A DNA stretch of 64,000 nucleotides from Eledone cirrhosa (Eukaryota): contig OZ024752.1 in assembly GCA_964016885.1 (NCBI GenBank), positions 29,450,001 to 29,514,000 on the forward strand, given 5' to 3'. A program made the position numbers and the translations under genes. Shown piece after piece: positions 1 to 13,563 of the stretch (position 1 is its first letter; every line of letters begins with the position of its first letter). Below the pieces are notes generated by a model that was not told the DNA's origin, searched no databases, and was given only the letters and a program-made list of their open reading frames with translations.

Positions 1-605
1 TTGTGACACCTTCATGACCACTTTACATTGTGGACTGGGTGCTTTTTGTTGTGACACCTTCATGACCACTTTACATTGTGGGCTGGGTGCTTTTTGTTGT
101 GACACCTTCATGACCACTTTACATTGTGGGCTGGGTGCTTTTTGTTGTGACACCTTCATGACCACTTTACATTGTGGACTGGGTGCTTTTTGTTGTGACA
201 CCTTCATGACCACTTTACATTGTGGGCTGGGTGCTTTTTGTTGTGACACCTTCATGACCACTTTACATTGTGGGCTGGGTGCTTTTTGTTGTGACACCTT
301 CATGACCACTTTACATTGTGGACTGGGTGCTTTTTGTTGTGACACCTTCATGACCTCTTTACATTGTGGGCTGGGTGCTTTTCGTCGTGATACCTTCATG
401 ACCACTTTACCATGTGGACTGGATGCTTTTTGCCATGACACCTTTCCAAAAACTTTACATTGTGGGCTGGGTGCTTTTTATCGTGACACCTTCACAACCA
501 CTTTAGAGTGTGGGCTGGGTGCTTTTTGTCGTGACACCAGCACAACCACTTTATAGTGTGGACTGGGTGCTTTTTGTCGTGACACCTACACGACCACTTT
601 ACAGT
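1..605. repeat. 48-bp minisatellite (~12 units) within the 3' UTR of an RTE LINE
   Basis: Unit TTGTGACACCTTCATGACCACTTTACATTGTGGRCTGGGTGCTTTTTG repeats with period 48 and decays into the RTE remnant; related arrays at 4330-4590 and 58020-58320. Confidence 0.95.
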
Positions 606-2640
606 GGGAGGGTGGGGTGGGGCATACAGTATATATGCTTCGGCTTGTGCTCGTGGGAAGTTGCATCTTCTGTATTACTGCATATCACCAGAGATCTCGG
701 TCCTGTGTCATCGCCTTTGAGGTGCAATTGGGCAAGGTCGGCTTTTATCACTTCAACCCAAGTCTTTCTGGGTCTCCCCACTCCAAGGCTTTCATTGACT
801 TTGAGCGCTCTGCACCTTTTATGCAGCTGTCATCCATCATACACATCACATATCCATACCAACGCAATCTCCTCTCTTGCACACAACATTTGATTCCTCT
901 TATGCTTAGTTTCTCTCTCAGTTCGTTTATGCTTTGCCATTTACGTATATTACAATTATACATCCATCGAAGCAGGCAAGCTTCATTTCTTTCCAACTGC
1001 CGCAAGTCTTCTGCACACAGCGCCCATGTCTAACTACCATGCAACATTGCTGTTTGTATGCATGCATCATACAGTCTGCCTTTCATTTTGAGGGAAAAGC
1101 CCTTTGTAGCTAGCAGTGGTAGTAGCTCCTTGAACTTCTTCCATCCTGTTCTTACCCTGGTTACTGTACTTTCAGAACACCCACCTCAGCTGCTAATTTG
1201 GTCACCCAGGTAGCAGAAGTTGTCTACTGTTTCTACTGAGCCCTCCCAGAATTTGGTAGTGCTTGTTTCCTGAGGTCATTTGCTGCTTATTTTCCCGATG
1301 CAACTGCTACATGTAAAGCCTACATTCTTAGCTAAACTTCCTGAGATCCCACTACATCTGTGTACCCATAGTTTGCATATGGGGCAGAGGATGGAGTTTC
1401 TACCTACACCTTTCCTATTTACCGAGTAAGGCCATTCCCTCGAGGGGATCTGTGTTCTGTTTTCTTTTCTACTTTCTAGGACCTTAGTCTTTGCCAGGTT
1501 GACTTTAAAACCCCTTTCTCGGCCCTCCATGTTTGGAATTTCTTCTCTAGTTCTACCATAGATTCAGCTATGAGTTTAAGATGATCTGTGTACAGAGAAG
1601 TTCCTATAGGCATCTGGTCTTAAACTCCTCTGTTATAGCCTGCAAAACAATAATAAACAACTTGTATGCTAAATTCTTCACTATAGTCATTGTTAATCTA
1701 ACTTTGCTAACTGCTCCTCTATACATGGTTTGTACAGTCTTCATAAGTCACTCATATACTCTAGTTTTCTAAGAGCCCACCAGATTATGGCATTGGGCAC
1801 TCTGCCAAAAGCATTCTCCAGATCAACAAATGTTAGGTAGAGAGGCTTACTTTTAGCTACGTACTTTTCCAGTAACTGCCTCACAATTTACCCGGTCCCT
1901 AAACAACTGTGCTATGACTCTTTCTGTTACTTTCATTACCTAGTTCATCAGTTTCATACCTCTATAGTTTCCTCTATCTAGTGGATCTCCTTTACCCTTG
2001 TAGCAGTTGAGAATAATGCTGCTGCATCAATCATTTGATATGACGCCATCCAGTATTACTTGGTTTACAATATGGGTGGTTATAGTGTGTCCTACTGACC
2101 CAGATGCTTTCAGCAACTATTCCTGATGGACTGGCTGCTTTCCCAGCCTTCATATCCTTAATTGCCTTACTAACTACACTGCTGGGCCCTCTATGGGGTG
2201 GGGTCTCTTTCTCCCATGCATTCTCTTCATTCAGTAATCTTTCATAATGACTCTTCCATGCATCTTTCTTCTTGGCACCTGTGAGGGCAAGTGCACCTTT
2301 ATCATTCTGGACACACTTCTCACCAATGACATTGCAATTTTATCTAACACACTGCCTCGCAATCCTGAACACCTGTTTCTGGTGTTCACACTGCAAAACA
2401 TGCTTGAATTTATTTATCCTCCCTTTCACTTCTAGCTAAGTACACTTGTCGTCTAGCTTCCTTCCTGGCCTCTATGTAGTGTACCCTGCTTCCCCCATTG
2501 TTTCCATGCATGTCTCCCTAATTGCCACATCTACCTTATTGTTCCACCATCAAGTTGCCTTCTTTCTCCCTGTAGTCTTGCTCAATCCACAGATCTCATC
2601 TGTCGCCTTTAGTAGGTTATTTTTTAGGAATATATATTAG
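606..2640 (-). mobile_element. Degenerate RTE-clade LINE (reverse transcriptase region, frameshifted)
   Basis: ORF fragments LERNEACLLRWM...ERRLRWYGYVM and KVNLAKTKVL...GVGRNSILC match the more intact copy at 23830-25140. Confidence 0.92.
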
Positions 2641-2843
2641 GTTTAAACTGAAGTTTTAGATGTCTCACAGCAAGTACTATTCAATTTGTTTGAGGCAATC
2701 ACAAAGCACTCAATGGAGCGAAAGTTAAAAACAAACATTAGGTCCAGAGTAAGCATAACAGTTATAAAGTGTGACACCATGAAAACCAACTGAAGGCACT
2801 GGCCATACATATATCACAACGATGGTATATATATATATATATA

Positions 2844-2982
2844 CAGTGAAATTTGTTGTAACGAAAAATTCTTTATAATCAGATCAACCTAACACATCGA
2901 GTGTGTAGCCGGAGTTTGAAAAAAAATTTGTTATACTGAAAAATTCATTATGATGGTATTCGTTATAACGGAATTTTATCTG
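2844..2982. mobile_element. Tigger/pogo-like MITE
   Basis: Imperfect TIRs CAGTGAAATTTGTTGTAACGAA / TTCGTTATAACGGAATTTTATCTG, flanked by TA. Confidence 0.6.
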
Positions 2983-3468
2983 TATATATATATATGTGTG
3001 TGTGGATTTCCAATGCATATCAGGAGGTGAACACAATAAGTTACTAGAGGCATATTTATTTTATTATAGAAATGATTTCAACCGGACTAGAACTGTTTCA
3101 TTCATAAGAATGTGTTGAGAGAAAAGACTCCACATCAAGCATTTTGGCCCTTAACTTTTTATAAATATAGGTCACAAAAGGGTTACATAGATCGTACTCA
3201 ATGTGGTATTAAATAAAATATTATAACCCTTTCGTTAGATGTTTCTAATGAAAGACACTGCCTATCATTTTGAAAATCATCAAGAATTTGAAACAACAAA
3301 ATTTTCTTATATAAGACTAAAATGGAATGTTTTAAGATAAATATAAACACTTTAAAACAAATAGCTTTGTACCATAGAACCATGGGTGGTTTCATGTGAT
3401 TTAGTATCATAAAGGTTAAACTATTGTAAATCAATGAAAATAAAAAAAAAATGTTTTATCTATCTTAC

Positions 3469-3865
3469 CTTCCCAAATCCAAACACTCTTGTCTCGACTG
3501 CAACTTACAAGAAAGTTGCCATTCTGAGACCAGGCAACACATTTTACTTCATTTTCATGGCCTTCTAAAGTTGCTAGAAGTTCAAATTCTTTATTCTTTC
3601 TACTCCATATACCACATGTTGCATCAAAGCTTCCACTTGCAATATAATTGCCACAAGGTGACCAAGATACACATCGGATGGTACGACTATGACCATCACT
3701 CAAAATAGTTTTGCAAACCCAACGTTCACCTTCCAAACCCCATATTCGTATACATTTATCACTTCCACAGGATGCAAGTAGTTTACCAGATGGGTCCCAC
3801 GCTACACACCACACTTGTTCTTCATGCCCACTTAAAGAGGTGATTTCTTCCATCAAAAGAGACAT
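3469..3865 (-). CDS. CIAO1: Cytosolic iron-sulfur assembly protein CIAO1 (WD40), first coding exon; gene continues beyond the left edge
   Basis: [13 protein letters not shown]...[26 protein letters not shown]...[14 protein letters not shown]...[12 protein letters not shown]; acceptor ttttcag| at 3882/3881, ATG at 3865, donor GAAG|GTAAGA at 3469/3468. Confidence 0.95.
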
Positions 3866-4329
3866 CTTAATGAATGGTTAGCTGAAAATAAAGAAAATGA
3901 AAATGAAAATAAAAGCTGCTTCTAGAAATAATGGTTTCTAATTCAGGAGCAAGGTAAGCAATCAGTGGGGAGGGGAAAAGTCGATTATATCAACCCAGTA
4001 TTTAACTGGTACTTTATTTTATCGATCCTGCAAGGGGCACGTCTTGTTTACATACATTTCCATAATTTACAAACTCTAGAGTTTGTTTTGTTGTTGCTCC
4101 AGTACTTAACTATTCATGACACAACTAAAGAGTTCTCTTGACACCATGGCAAGTTATTTATGGCTTGATGCCCTTCCTATTACCAACCACTTTACAGAGT
4201 GTACTAGGTGAGTTTTCTGGTTCAACAGTTCTCTTAGCCCTTTCTTTGGATGAATGCCCTTCTTATTACCAACCACTTTATAGTGTGTACTGGAAACATT
4301 TTATTGGCACCACCACCTTCCAGTGGGGA

Positions 4330-4590
4330 TTGGGGTTTGTGACACCAGCTCTACCACCTTACAGTAAAGACTGGATGCTTTTTCGTGACACCAGCTCTAC
4401 CACCTTACAGGAAAGACTGGATGCTTTTTCGTGACACCAGCTCTACCACCTTACAGGAAAGACTGGATGCTTTTTCGTGACACCAGCTCTACCACCTTAC
4501 AGGAAGGACTGAGTGCTTTTTCATGACACAAGCACTACCACATTACAGGGTGGACTAGGTACTTTTTCGTGACACCAACACTGCTGCCTT
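4330..4590. repeat. ~47-bp tandem repeat related to the RTE 3' UTR motif
   Basis: GTGACACCAGCTCTACCACCTTACAGGAAAGACTGGATGCTTTTTC, ~5 copies. Confidence 0.85.
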
Positions 4591-6871
4591 ACTGTGGGGA
4601 CAGTGCATTATCTCTCTCTCTCATATATACATATACGTACTTTAGGGTTTCCAAACACAAGGAAAAATGCCCAATACTTAAGTTGAGACTATTATGTATT
4701 ATATGATGGAGATTAATCTTTGCTGCTACTCTGAGTTTCGCAGTTGTGTGACAAGCAACAATCAGAGTATCAACAAGGAGTAATCTCAGCAATATATATA
4801 TTGTATAAACACCATAAGCTGGTAACTGATAGGAGCTAGAGTGTGAAGATTTAAGGAGGGTCAACAAAACCGTTAAACCATCGGACATTGACTTGTAACA
4901 TTTAGTTATGGCCCTTTACATTCTGAAGTAAAATAAGAACTTATGTTTTATTCAGTTTCATTTTGTTGTAAGATTTCTCATTTCACTCTAATTTCATTGT
5001 TATTTTATATACCTAAAGCGAAACATCCTCAAATAAAGCACTAAACAAATACTGGGGTTGGTTTATATTTGATAATGGAATTATATATAAAAGAAAGCAA
5101 GAAAATAATTGTTTCTACTTTAGGCACAAGGCCTGCAATCAACCAGTGCATTACTGGTACTTTATTTTATCGACCCCGTAAGGATGAAAGGCAAAGCAAG
5201 AAAATAATGAGAAGCGAATCAGCGACATGATTTCAATGGCAAATTGTAATATAACCAGTTACCTTCAGCAATATCGCTAATAACTATTGTTTTATCTAAT
5301 TTTTCATGGCCAGGAAACTTCAATTGTTCAGTAATTAGTTTAATAAAGCTTATCCTTAGCAAACACGTACAATTTCAGACAGTAGTTTTCTCTTTGTATC
5401 ATTAAAAAGAAAGAAAAAAGTTAAAACTGCAATCACTACACACCCCTTACACATAGAAAATAGACCTAAATTACATTATGATTAAATTTCCTTTTCGGTA
5501 ATGAGATGGATGTTATGGTGTTCTCTGGTGAGGGAACCACAGAAAAATAGGAAATTTTATGAGGGTTTTTGAAGGCCATATCGAAAATCATTGTAAAAAT
5601 ACATTTCACCTTCAACATTCTAACCACACCTATCAACTATACCCACCCACCACAAAAACAAACAAACTACCATTACATCCGTTTCCCAGGCAGATGTAAC
5701 AATATAAAAAATATCTTTCTTTTCATCGTCTTTTGTTTATTTGTCAATCTACTATTAGGTATCCCATTTAAAAAAAATGAAACTCATCTAAATTTATTAA
5801 AGCGGACTTATTCCTTTAGAAATCGGCCTCAAGATTTTCAGAAATTTGAAAGCTTGAAAAAATTGGACCCAACTTCCAGTTGGGTTATACTTAGTTCTCT
5901 ATTTCTAAATATAATATAAAGAAATGAAATCCAACGATCAAAAGTAAACACAAAGGGTGATGCTAGAGCAGTGAAATCTTGCATGCATTAATTTCAGCTC
6001 TTCTTATTAATAACTTTCAAGGACTATGTTAAAAAATAAACCTCATTTGGTTATTCCGCGAGAGTATTTTGGTCAGCCCTACCCTTGTATATCGTAATTT
6101 ATCTAAACACCAGAAAACATGTGACTTTCTCATTTTGTTATATAACGTCCAAGAGTTACCTCCCCTACAGAGCACCATCGCTTTACAATGGAACACGAGA
6201 TATTTAATAAAATATAATACCACCACAAGTTTGTTTTAAAATATGCTGAAGTAATAATAATAATAACTTTATTTCTTATATAAGAGAACAACCATCACTT
6301 TACACTGTCGCACACGAGATAATTTCATAAAATAAACCATTACATATGTTTAAATAGATGCCGAAGTAATAACTTTACAGAATAAAATTCTTTTGTCTTC
6401 TAATATTAAATATAAGCGAATCATTTTATTGACAGACTAAAACAATGTGCAGACATCGTGTATGTACCACAAGGAGTATTTTCTAACAATAAACATGTTA
6501 GGTTTCTCAAGAGGAGGTCGAGTGACTGTTGATACGTGATGAAACGACAGGGCACTATACAAAGTAATTAGAGTCTGTAGGATTTAAAATATGTAATGTT
6601 ATGGGTTTGTTTGAAACAACTGAGCGAATATACTGTATCCACGAGGGGCAAAGATCGATAGAAACTACAAGTTAAAGTTTACCAATAAATATTCAAAGCC
6701 ATTATCGATGATTTATATCAATAAGAAACAAGTTTAGAAGAATGAAAGAAAAAACACACATATCATTCATTTTTTACTCGTGTTACATTCTGTTACGGAT
6801 TTATACCTACGTAAATAAACATAGCATATTTTAATATGGAGAGAGAAAAATATTTAAATAAAAAAACATAC

Positions 6872-7260
6872 TTGTTTGAAGAAATTGCAAGAAGATTTAG
6901 TCCCGAAGCTTCTACATTACACTATATTTCGTCTACGAAGTGAAAAATGTTCGGTCCGCTATTATACAACTTTACATTAGATATATATAAAATATTGATA
7001 GATTTATCAAATAAACTACTCTATTCTTCTTTATGAATTGCTGATATTTTCCCCCTTTCAGTTTGCTGCATGTATTAACGTTGAAGATTAGTAGGATTAT
7101 TTAAAAAAAAGAAATCCTGCGTAGTAATACAACAAAGTACACTACTTCCGTTAGTAGACAAGACTACTATAATTTCTCTCCGGTAGTAAAGAATTCCTCT
7201 AGAAATTTAATCCATTTTTTCTCTCTCCCCCATACTATAACTTCTTTATAAAGAGAAACC
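6872..7260 (-). promoter_or_regulatory. Possible CIAO1 non-coding first exon and promoter
   Basis: Donor-like AA|GTATGT at 6872/6871; local CpG retention; ETS-like ACTTCCG at 7144 and ACTAYAA-like motifs near 7165-7240. No transcript evidence. Confidence 0.3.
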
Positions 7261-7732
7261 ATTCATCTAATATGCCTTGTATTATTCTGCTATTTTTATT
7301 GATTGCTGATACAATTATACAGATGGAAATAACAGAGTAACAGTTTCACGTTATATATATATAGTCATTGTATTACTGAGTTTAAACTAACAGAAGCTAG
7401 ATGTTCAATAATATATTATTGGTGGGTTTTAAACAGAAAATGATTTATTCATTTTTTTTTTATAGGAAATATCTAATATCTAAGCCATCCATTTAAATGT
7501 TGGACATAGCTTTAATAAGAAAACTACTACTATTTTCATGTTTATATTACTATTCCTATCCAGCAGCCAGTTTGCCAACTGTTAATTTCTTTGTTAAGAG
7601 AAGGAAATGTTCTATCTTAATTTGCTAAATCAATATATAACTGCTTATTTTATACTTGACACACACACCAAAAAACAAAACAAAACATGTTAATATATAG
7701 TTAATATTAACCTTCAACAAATGTTTTAGTTA

Positions 7733-8367
7733 CAATAATACCTCAGTATGGTTTAAATTGAGAGAAACCCCAGGCATGGCTTAGTGGCAATAATACCTTA
7801 GTATGGTTTAAATTGAGAGAAACCCCACGCATGTTTTAGTGGCAATAATACCTTAGTATGGTTTAAATTGAGAGAAACTCCACGCATGTCTTAGTGGCAA
7901 TAATACCTTAGTATGGTTTAAATTGAGAGAAACCCCACGCATGTCTTAGTGGCAATAATACCTTAGTATGGTTTAAATTGAGAGAAACTCCACGCATGTC
8001 TTAGTGGCAATAATTCCTTAGTATGGTTTAAATTGAGAGAAACTCCACGCATGTCTTAGTGGCAATAATACCTTAGTATGGTTTAAATTGAGAGAAACTC
8101 CACGCATGTCTTAGTGGCAATAATACCTTAGTATGGTTTAAATTGAGAGAAACCCCACGCATGTCTTAGTGGCAATAATACCTTAGTATGGTTTAAATTG
8201 AGAGAAACTCCACGCATGTCTTAGTGGCAATAATACCTTAGTATGGTTTAAATTGAGAGAAACCTCACGCATGTCTTAGTGGCAATAATACCTTAGTATG
8301 GTTTAAATTGAGAGAAACCCCACGCATGTTTTAGTGGCAATAATACCTTAGTATGGTTTAAATTGAG
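7733..8367. repeat. 55-bp minisatellite (~11.5 units)
   Basis: GCAATAATACCTTAGTATGGTTTAAATTGAGAGAAACYCCACGCATGTCTTAGTG with period 55. Confidence 0.95.
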
Positions 8368-8520
8368 CATGTACTGGGTGCTTTTATCATGTAGATCACC
8401 AACACCTAATTGCTATTAAAAGCAAAGATTTTAAATAAAATGTTTTTATTTTTAATACATTTCATAAGATAATTTTGACTAAGAGATGACTCTTTTGGCC
8501 ATTTTGTGAATAGCCATTTA

Positions 8521-8790
8521 TAATAATAATAATAATAATGAAATTATTGTGTACAGTGCTCAGGTGCACTACAACTCATCAAAGGTGCATGTATAGTACA
8601 TAGAATAATGTACAAATGTCAGGAAAATAAACAGTGTATGAGTCATGATATAATAACAATAACGAAATATTGTGCACAGTGCCCAGGTGCACCACAACTC
8701 ATCAAAAAAGTGCATGTACAGTACATAGGGCAATGCACAAACATCAGTAAAATGAACAGTGCACGAGTCATGATACACACATGTGTATTT
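8521..8790 (-). mobile_element. Two tandem CR1-family 3' UTR fragments
   Basis: Reverse complement of 14820-14925 (GATGAGTTGTAGTGCACCTGAGCACTGTACACAATAATTTCATTATT) with a (TAA)n tail. Confidence 0.8.
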
Positions 8791-10444
8791 AGCTATTGGG
8801 AACACAGATGATAAGGGCTACATTGATTGTAGAGAAGTTGTAAATAGCAGAAATATAAGGGTCAGCCACTGAATTAAATAAGGTGTCGGGAATGGTAAAG
8901 CATGCAGTCCACACTGTAAATGTGGTTGGTATTAAGAAGGGCATCCAGCTGTAGAAACCAAACCAAAATCAGTTCTGTATGAGCAAGACATGGTCATCTG
9001 ATCTGACTTGTCTCACATCAGGACAACTTGTCTAACCCATGCTAACATGGATAAATGGAGATGATGGTAATGATTAATATTTGTAAGGGATAATTTTGAT
9101 GAGAACTCTTCAGAAATCTGTAGATATCTATAATTTGGTTTAAATATGTAGATAGCATCTTCATTGTTCGGTCACACACAGAGAATGTCTAAAATCTACT
9201 GGGTTATCTTAACTCTGTAAAATTATACAATTTACCACAAAGATTGAAAATAATAGAGTTCCATTAACAAGATCCCAGACCTCATTCACTTACCAAGTGG
9301 GGTGGAACTCATTAAATCAGACCAAGGAAACAATGTTTCCATTACTCTTTCCATTGCTGATACAATTTACCAGTTACAACTCCTGGCAGATAATAATAAC
9401 ACTATTAATTCTTTGTGGATAAATTCTATAAACATAAAAAAGTGTCAGAACTCCTGTGCATTAAAAATAGCCACAAAATCCTTCATCGTTGTTGTTGTTA
9501 TCATCATCACCACCACCACCACCACCATCGTCGTCGTCATCATCACCATCATCATCATCATTACTACTACTTAACATCTATTTTCCATTCTTGTATGGGC
9601 TAGATTGATTCTCCTTCCTAATACTTACCTTAAAGGTGAACAAATTGCAGAAGTATATTTATAATGTCCTATATAAATTAAAGGTCATTAAAATACTTTG
9701 ATCAGGTGGAGAGAAAAGAAAAGAAAAACATGAATATCATCATCTTCATCACCCCATCACCTCACCACCACCATCAACAATAACAACATCATCTATGACT
9801 AAATACTATATATTTCTATGGAATGAAATGTTACTTATAGACAAAGAACTAAAATAGAAAGTAAAGAAAACCAAGGAAGCAATATCTAAAAGAGGGGAAA
9901 AAAATGGTTGTTTCATTAAATCCCATGATTTGCTCATTATCTTTCTTTGGCAATGTTTAGTAAATCTTTCTCTTTTCCTAAAAATATATAATTCTTCTCT
10001 TTTTACTTTCATATTTTATGATTTATTGCTCAACCATATCAAAGTCTAAATATATAAAATATAGATTATATTTAACAAAAAACAGTATAAATAAACTAGT
10101 ATAAATAAGATAAATAAATGAAGTTTAATTGAAGCATGCAAGTCAAAAATGTTTAATTTGAAAATTAAAATAGTCAAGGAGATATGTGTGTTCATTTCAA
10201 TTCGTTATATTTTGTTTTTCATATTTTTTCTTGTTATATTTTTTAATTCTCTTTCTGAATCAGTGGAGTAGCTCTTTTAGCTATATCAGGAATAATATCT
10301 TTTGTATCATGTCAAACTTCCATGATACTCAGCTGCAGGCAATATCTGTGTGGTTCATTTCACAACCAAGTGGTTTTGAGTTCAATCCCACTAAACAAAA
10401 AGTTGAGAAAGAGTCTTCTAGCATAGCCTGGGAGTGAAATTCTA

Positions 10445-10830
10445 AAGTCTAAAGTCTGTCTCAAGCCCAGAAGCTAATTAGGCTAGTGCTTATCCTGGTT
10501 TCTGTGGCATGAAGCAACTGAAAGTACAAGACTCCTCCCTGGACAGGACACTAGTCCATCGCAGAGTTAAAGTCTGTCACAAGTTCAGAAGCTCATTAGA
10601 CCAGTGCTTATCTTGGTTTCCATGGCGTGAGACAACAAGAGTATTAGACTCTCCCCCCTCCTGGATAGGACACCAGTCCATCGCAGGGTTAAACCTCCAG
10701 CTACTGCTGGTACTTATTTTTAGCTGAGTATACTGGAGCAACGTGGAATGAAGTGTTTTGCTCAAGAACACAACACACAAGCCAGTCCAGGAATTGAACC
10801 TATGACATAATGATCTAAGTCCAACACCCT
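10445..10830 (-). mobile_element. tRNA-derived SINE with CORE-like segment; related copies at 28575-28856 (+) and 53719-53930 (+)
   Basis: B-box GGTTCAATTCC followed by TTCTTGAGCAAAACACTTCATT; duplicated 3' part. Confidence 0.7.
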
Positions 10831-12155
10831 TATCACTGGAGTGAAATTAGGTAAATGGTAATTGTGATGAGTCCACTTTTTATGTCATTGTTATCATTGT
10901 TTAACATCAATTTTTCCACACTTGTGTAGGTTAGACAAGTTGTCATGTTATGAAACAAGTCAGGTCCAGAGACCAACATGCTCATACAGATCTCTATTTT
11001 GGCTTGGTTTCTATGGCTGGATGCCTTTCCTAATACCAACCACATTACAGTGTAGACTGGGTGCTTTTTCTTGTGTCACCGACTCACTTATAAATGTAAT
11101 TTCTTAATTTAGTGTATATTTTGAGTAGCTACCTGCTCGGTGGTAAGAAAGAGAGCCTTGTCTTTTCAATTTCTTGAAACTTTAAGAAAGCCTTGCAGAC
11201 TGTTATAGTTTTAGATGTCATGACTATCTATAAATTATGAATTAAGAAGCTGCGAGATCATTAGTAAAGTCAAGATCAGTGACAATAAGTTCTCATTCCA
11301 TTGCAATGCCTGGGAAATACTTCTGAGAATTTTCTGCAATCAAGTTGATGATATAATTCTAGAATAGGGAATAGTGGACTAAATGAACTCCAGTATATTA
11401 CAGGTAGTTATTTTTATTGACACTTCATGGTTGAAAGGTAAAGATGGTGCTGTAGAATATTTGAACTCAGAATGTTGAGGGAGAAAACTAACTATTTCTA
11501 GTGGATAGACTAGCTGCATATAAGCTCTCTCGTTGGATGTATTAATAGGCATAGATAGTAGTTGCATAGTAAATGTAGTGGTAGTGGCAGTGGTGAACAA
11601 GAAATCTCACTTTCATCTATTTCACAATTTTTATTTTCAGCACCCCTCATATATTAAGTTGATGCAAAATTAACAACTGTGGTTATTGATTCTAAATTTA
11701 TGCTACATTACAAACACCAAACGACAATCAAAACATGCTTAAATTAATTAGAAATAAAAGCAGCCATTAATTTTGTATCATCCCAATATATTTTGGAAAT
11801 GTGTTAAAACACAAAAAAAAACAACCTTGCAGGAACCCTCTCATAGTTTAGCTTGCTAGATAAAAGGAGCATAAACCATCTTAGTATTGATAAAATAAAC
11901 AGGCAGACCACAGCATGTTAGTATGCAAATAGATGCAGTGTGTTAGTGAGGGAAATATTTCTAAACTGTTACATGGACTTTTTTTTAAAAACGTGTTCTA
12001 GAATTCTTGTATCAGTTGCTTCATCTCATCTGTGAGCAGCTGTTATGATGTGAACTCTTTTGATTATGTTATACATATGTGATCATTATCAGACATTGTG
12101 AAAGTATTTACAGTGAGTTTGAGTGCTTTAACTCAGTGTGTGTGTTTGTGTGTTT

Positions 12156-12250
12156 GGGTGTCCCCCCCAAAATGTATACACACTTCAACATCATTCTAAT
12201 ATTGCCTGCACAGGTAATCAAAATATGTATACATTTTTGGGGACACCCTG
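12156..12250. mobile_element. Tc1/mariner-type MITE
   Basis: TIRs GGGTGTCCCC..AAAATGTATAC / GTATACATTTTTGGGGACACCCTG followed by TA. Confidence 0.7.
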
Positions 12251-12659
12251 TATATATATAGGAACAAGTAAGACCCCGGCGGCTGAGCTCAAGCCGTTTC
12301 GACGGCTAATTCTGTATATATATATATATAATTCTGTATATATATATATATATATATGTGTATGTCTGCCTGTTTGTGAGTGTGAAAGGGTGCACATGTT
12401 GTGAGATTGTTTCTTTGATCCTCATATTTCCTTAGGTATTTCATACCTTGAACTACCTTTTAAAGGCAATGGGGTATAATTTTAGGAAGATTTGGCTGCT
12501 ATTTCTAGCAGATTAAGCAGCAACAACGTAGAAGCGTCCCCCTCTTCATTAATTTATCATGGAAGTAGAGAGACATCTAGGCTCCATGTATGTGACACTT
12601 TCCTGTCAATTTGGTTAGTTTGTGAAGTTTGTTTCTTGTCTGATTGATTTTGTTTTCTA

Positions 12660-12768
12660 TTCTGTTTAAACCATAACTTACCTGACACATGGCATTTTGT
12701 TTAAACCATAACTTACCTGACACATGGCATTCTGTTTAAACCATAACTTACCTGACACATGGCATTCT
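12660..12768. repeat. 35-bp tandem triplication
   Basis: TCTGTTTAAACCATAACTTACCTGACACATGGCAT x3. Confidence 0.9.
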
Positions 12769-13048
12769 GCCCAAAGAAAGATTGAGGACCAAATAATTGT
12801 TTCTACTGGTCTTGGGAGGAGGGAAAAAAACAAAACAGAGTTGTTAAAAGGGTCGATGAACTCCTCAGAGTCAATGGAAATCCACCCCAACAAGGGGTTA
12901 AATAGCCTCACCAACCTGCAATTGGCCATGTGTGATGCGTATGGCTACACCCCTGAAGATATGGCCAAAACCGAACAGAAAGCACTGGAGGTCATATATA
13001 TATGTTTGACATAGTCAAGTTTCTGTATGTATAAGGACATACAATGAC

Positions 13049-13115
<67 letters not shown>

Positions 13116-13250
13116 TAGAAGGGATACTTAATTTGTTGGAAATTCAACAAATATAAATGTTTATAACTGATTCAGAGCACTCAACAGATTTCTGGAGTAA
13201 ATATTCAATGATATTAAATAAATGGAAACTATATTTATAAAACCATATTT

Positions 13251-13310
13251 ATTCTATTATATATATTTCAAGGGTACCAAAAACTTGGGTACGCTTTCAT
13301 CAGATAAAAT
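13251..13310 (-). ncRNA. Minimal type I hammerhead ribozyme, family A
   Basis: ATTTTAT-CTGATGA-AAGCGTACC..GGTACCCTT-GAAAT-ATAT-ATA|ATAGAAT: 7-bp stem I, stem II, palindromic stem III. Confidence 0.8.
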
Positions 13311-13509
13311 ACAAAGTGTGTTTTATAAATTTTGACATAGCCAAGGAAACATACCTTATCAGTTGAAAGCTTTGACTACCCAAGGAAAATTCAACTGATA
13401 AGGTATGTTTCCTTGGCTATGTCAAAATTATATATAACTTTAATAATAACAGTGCTGTTATTATTGTGTATAGACTTAACCAGAAAATTTAAAGCTCATT
13501 GCAGTAAGG

Positions 13510-13558
<49 letters not shown>

Positions 13559-13563
<5 letters not shown>

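Noticed and set aside
14-556. 180-aa Cys-rich repetitive ORF
   Set aside because: Translation of a 48-bp minisatellite whose unit length is divisible by 3
9415-9603. Poly-His ORF and similar YIYI/CVCV/RERE ORFs across the window
   Set aside because: Translations of microsatellites
12950-12995. CTGAAGA..GAAC hammerhead-like motif
   Set aside because: No GAAA and stems I and III do not pair
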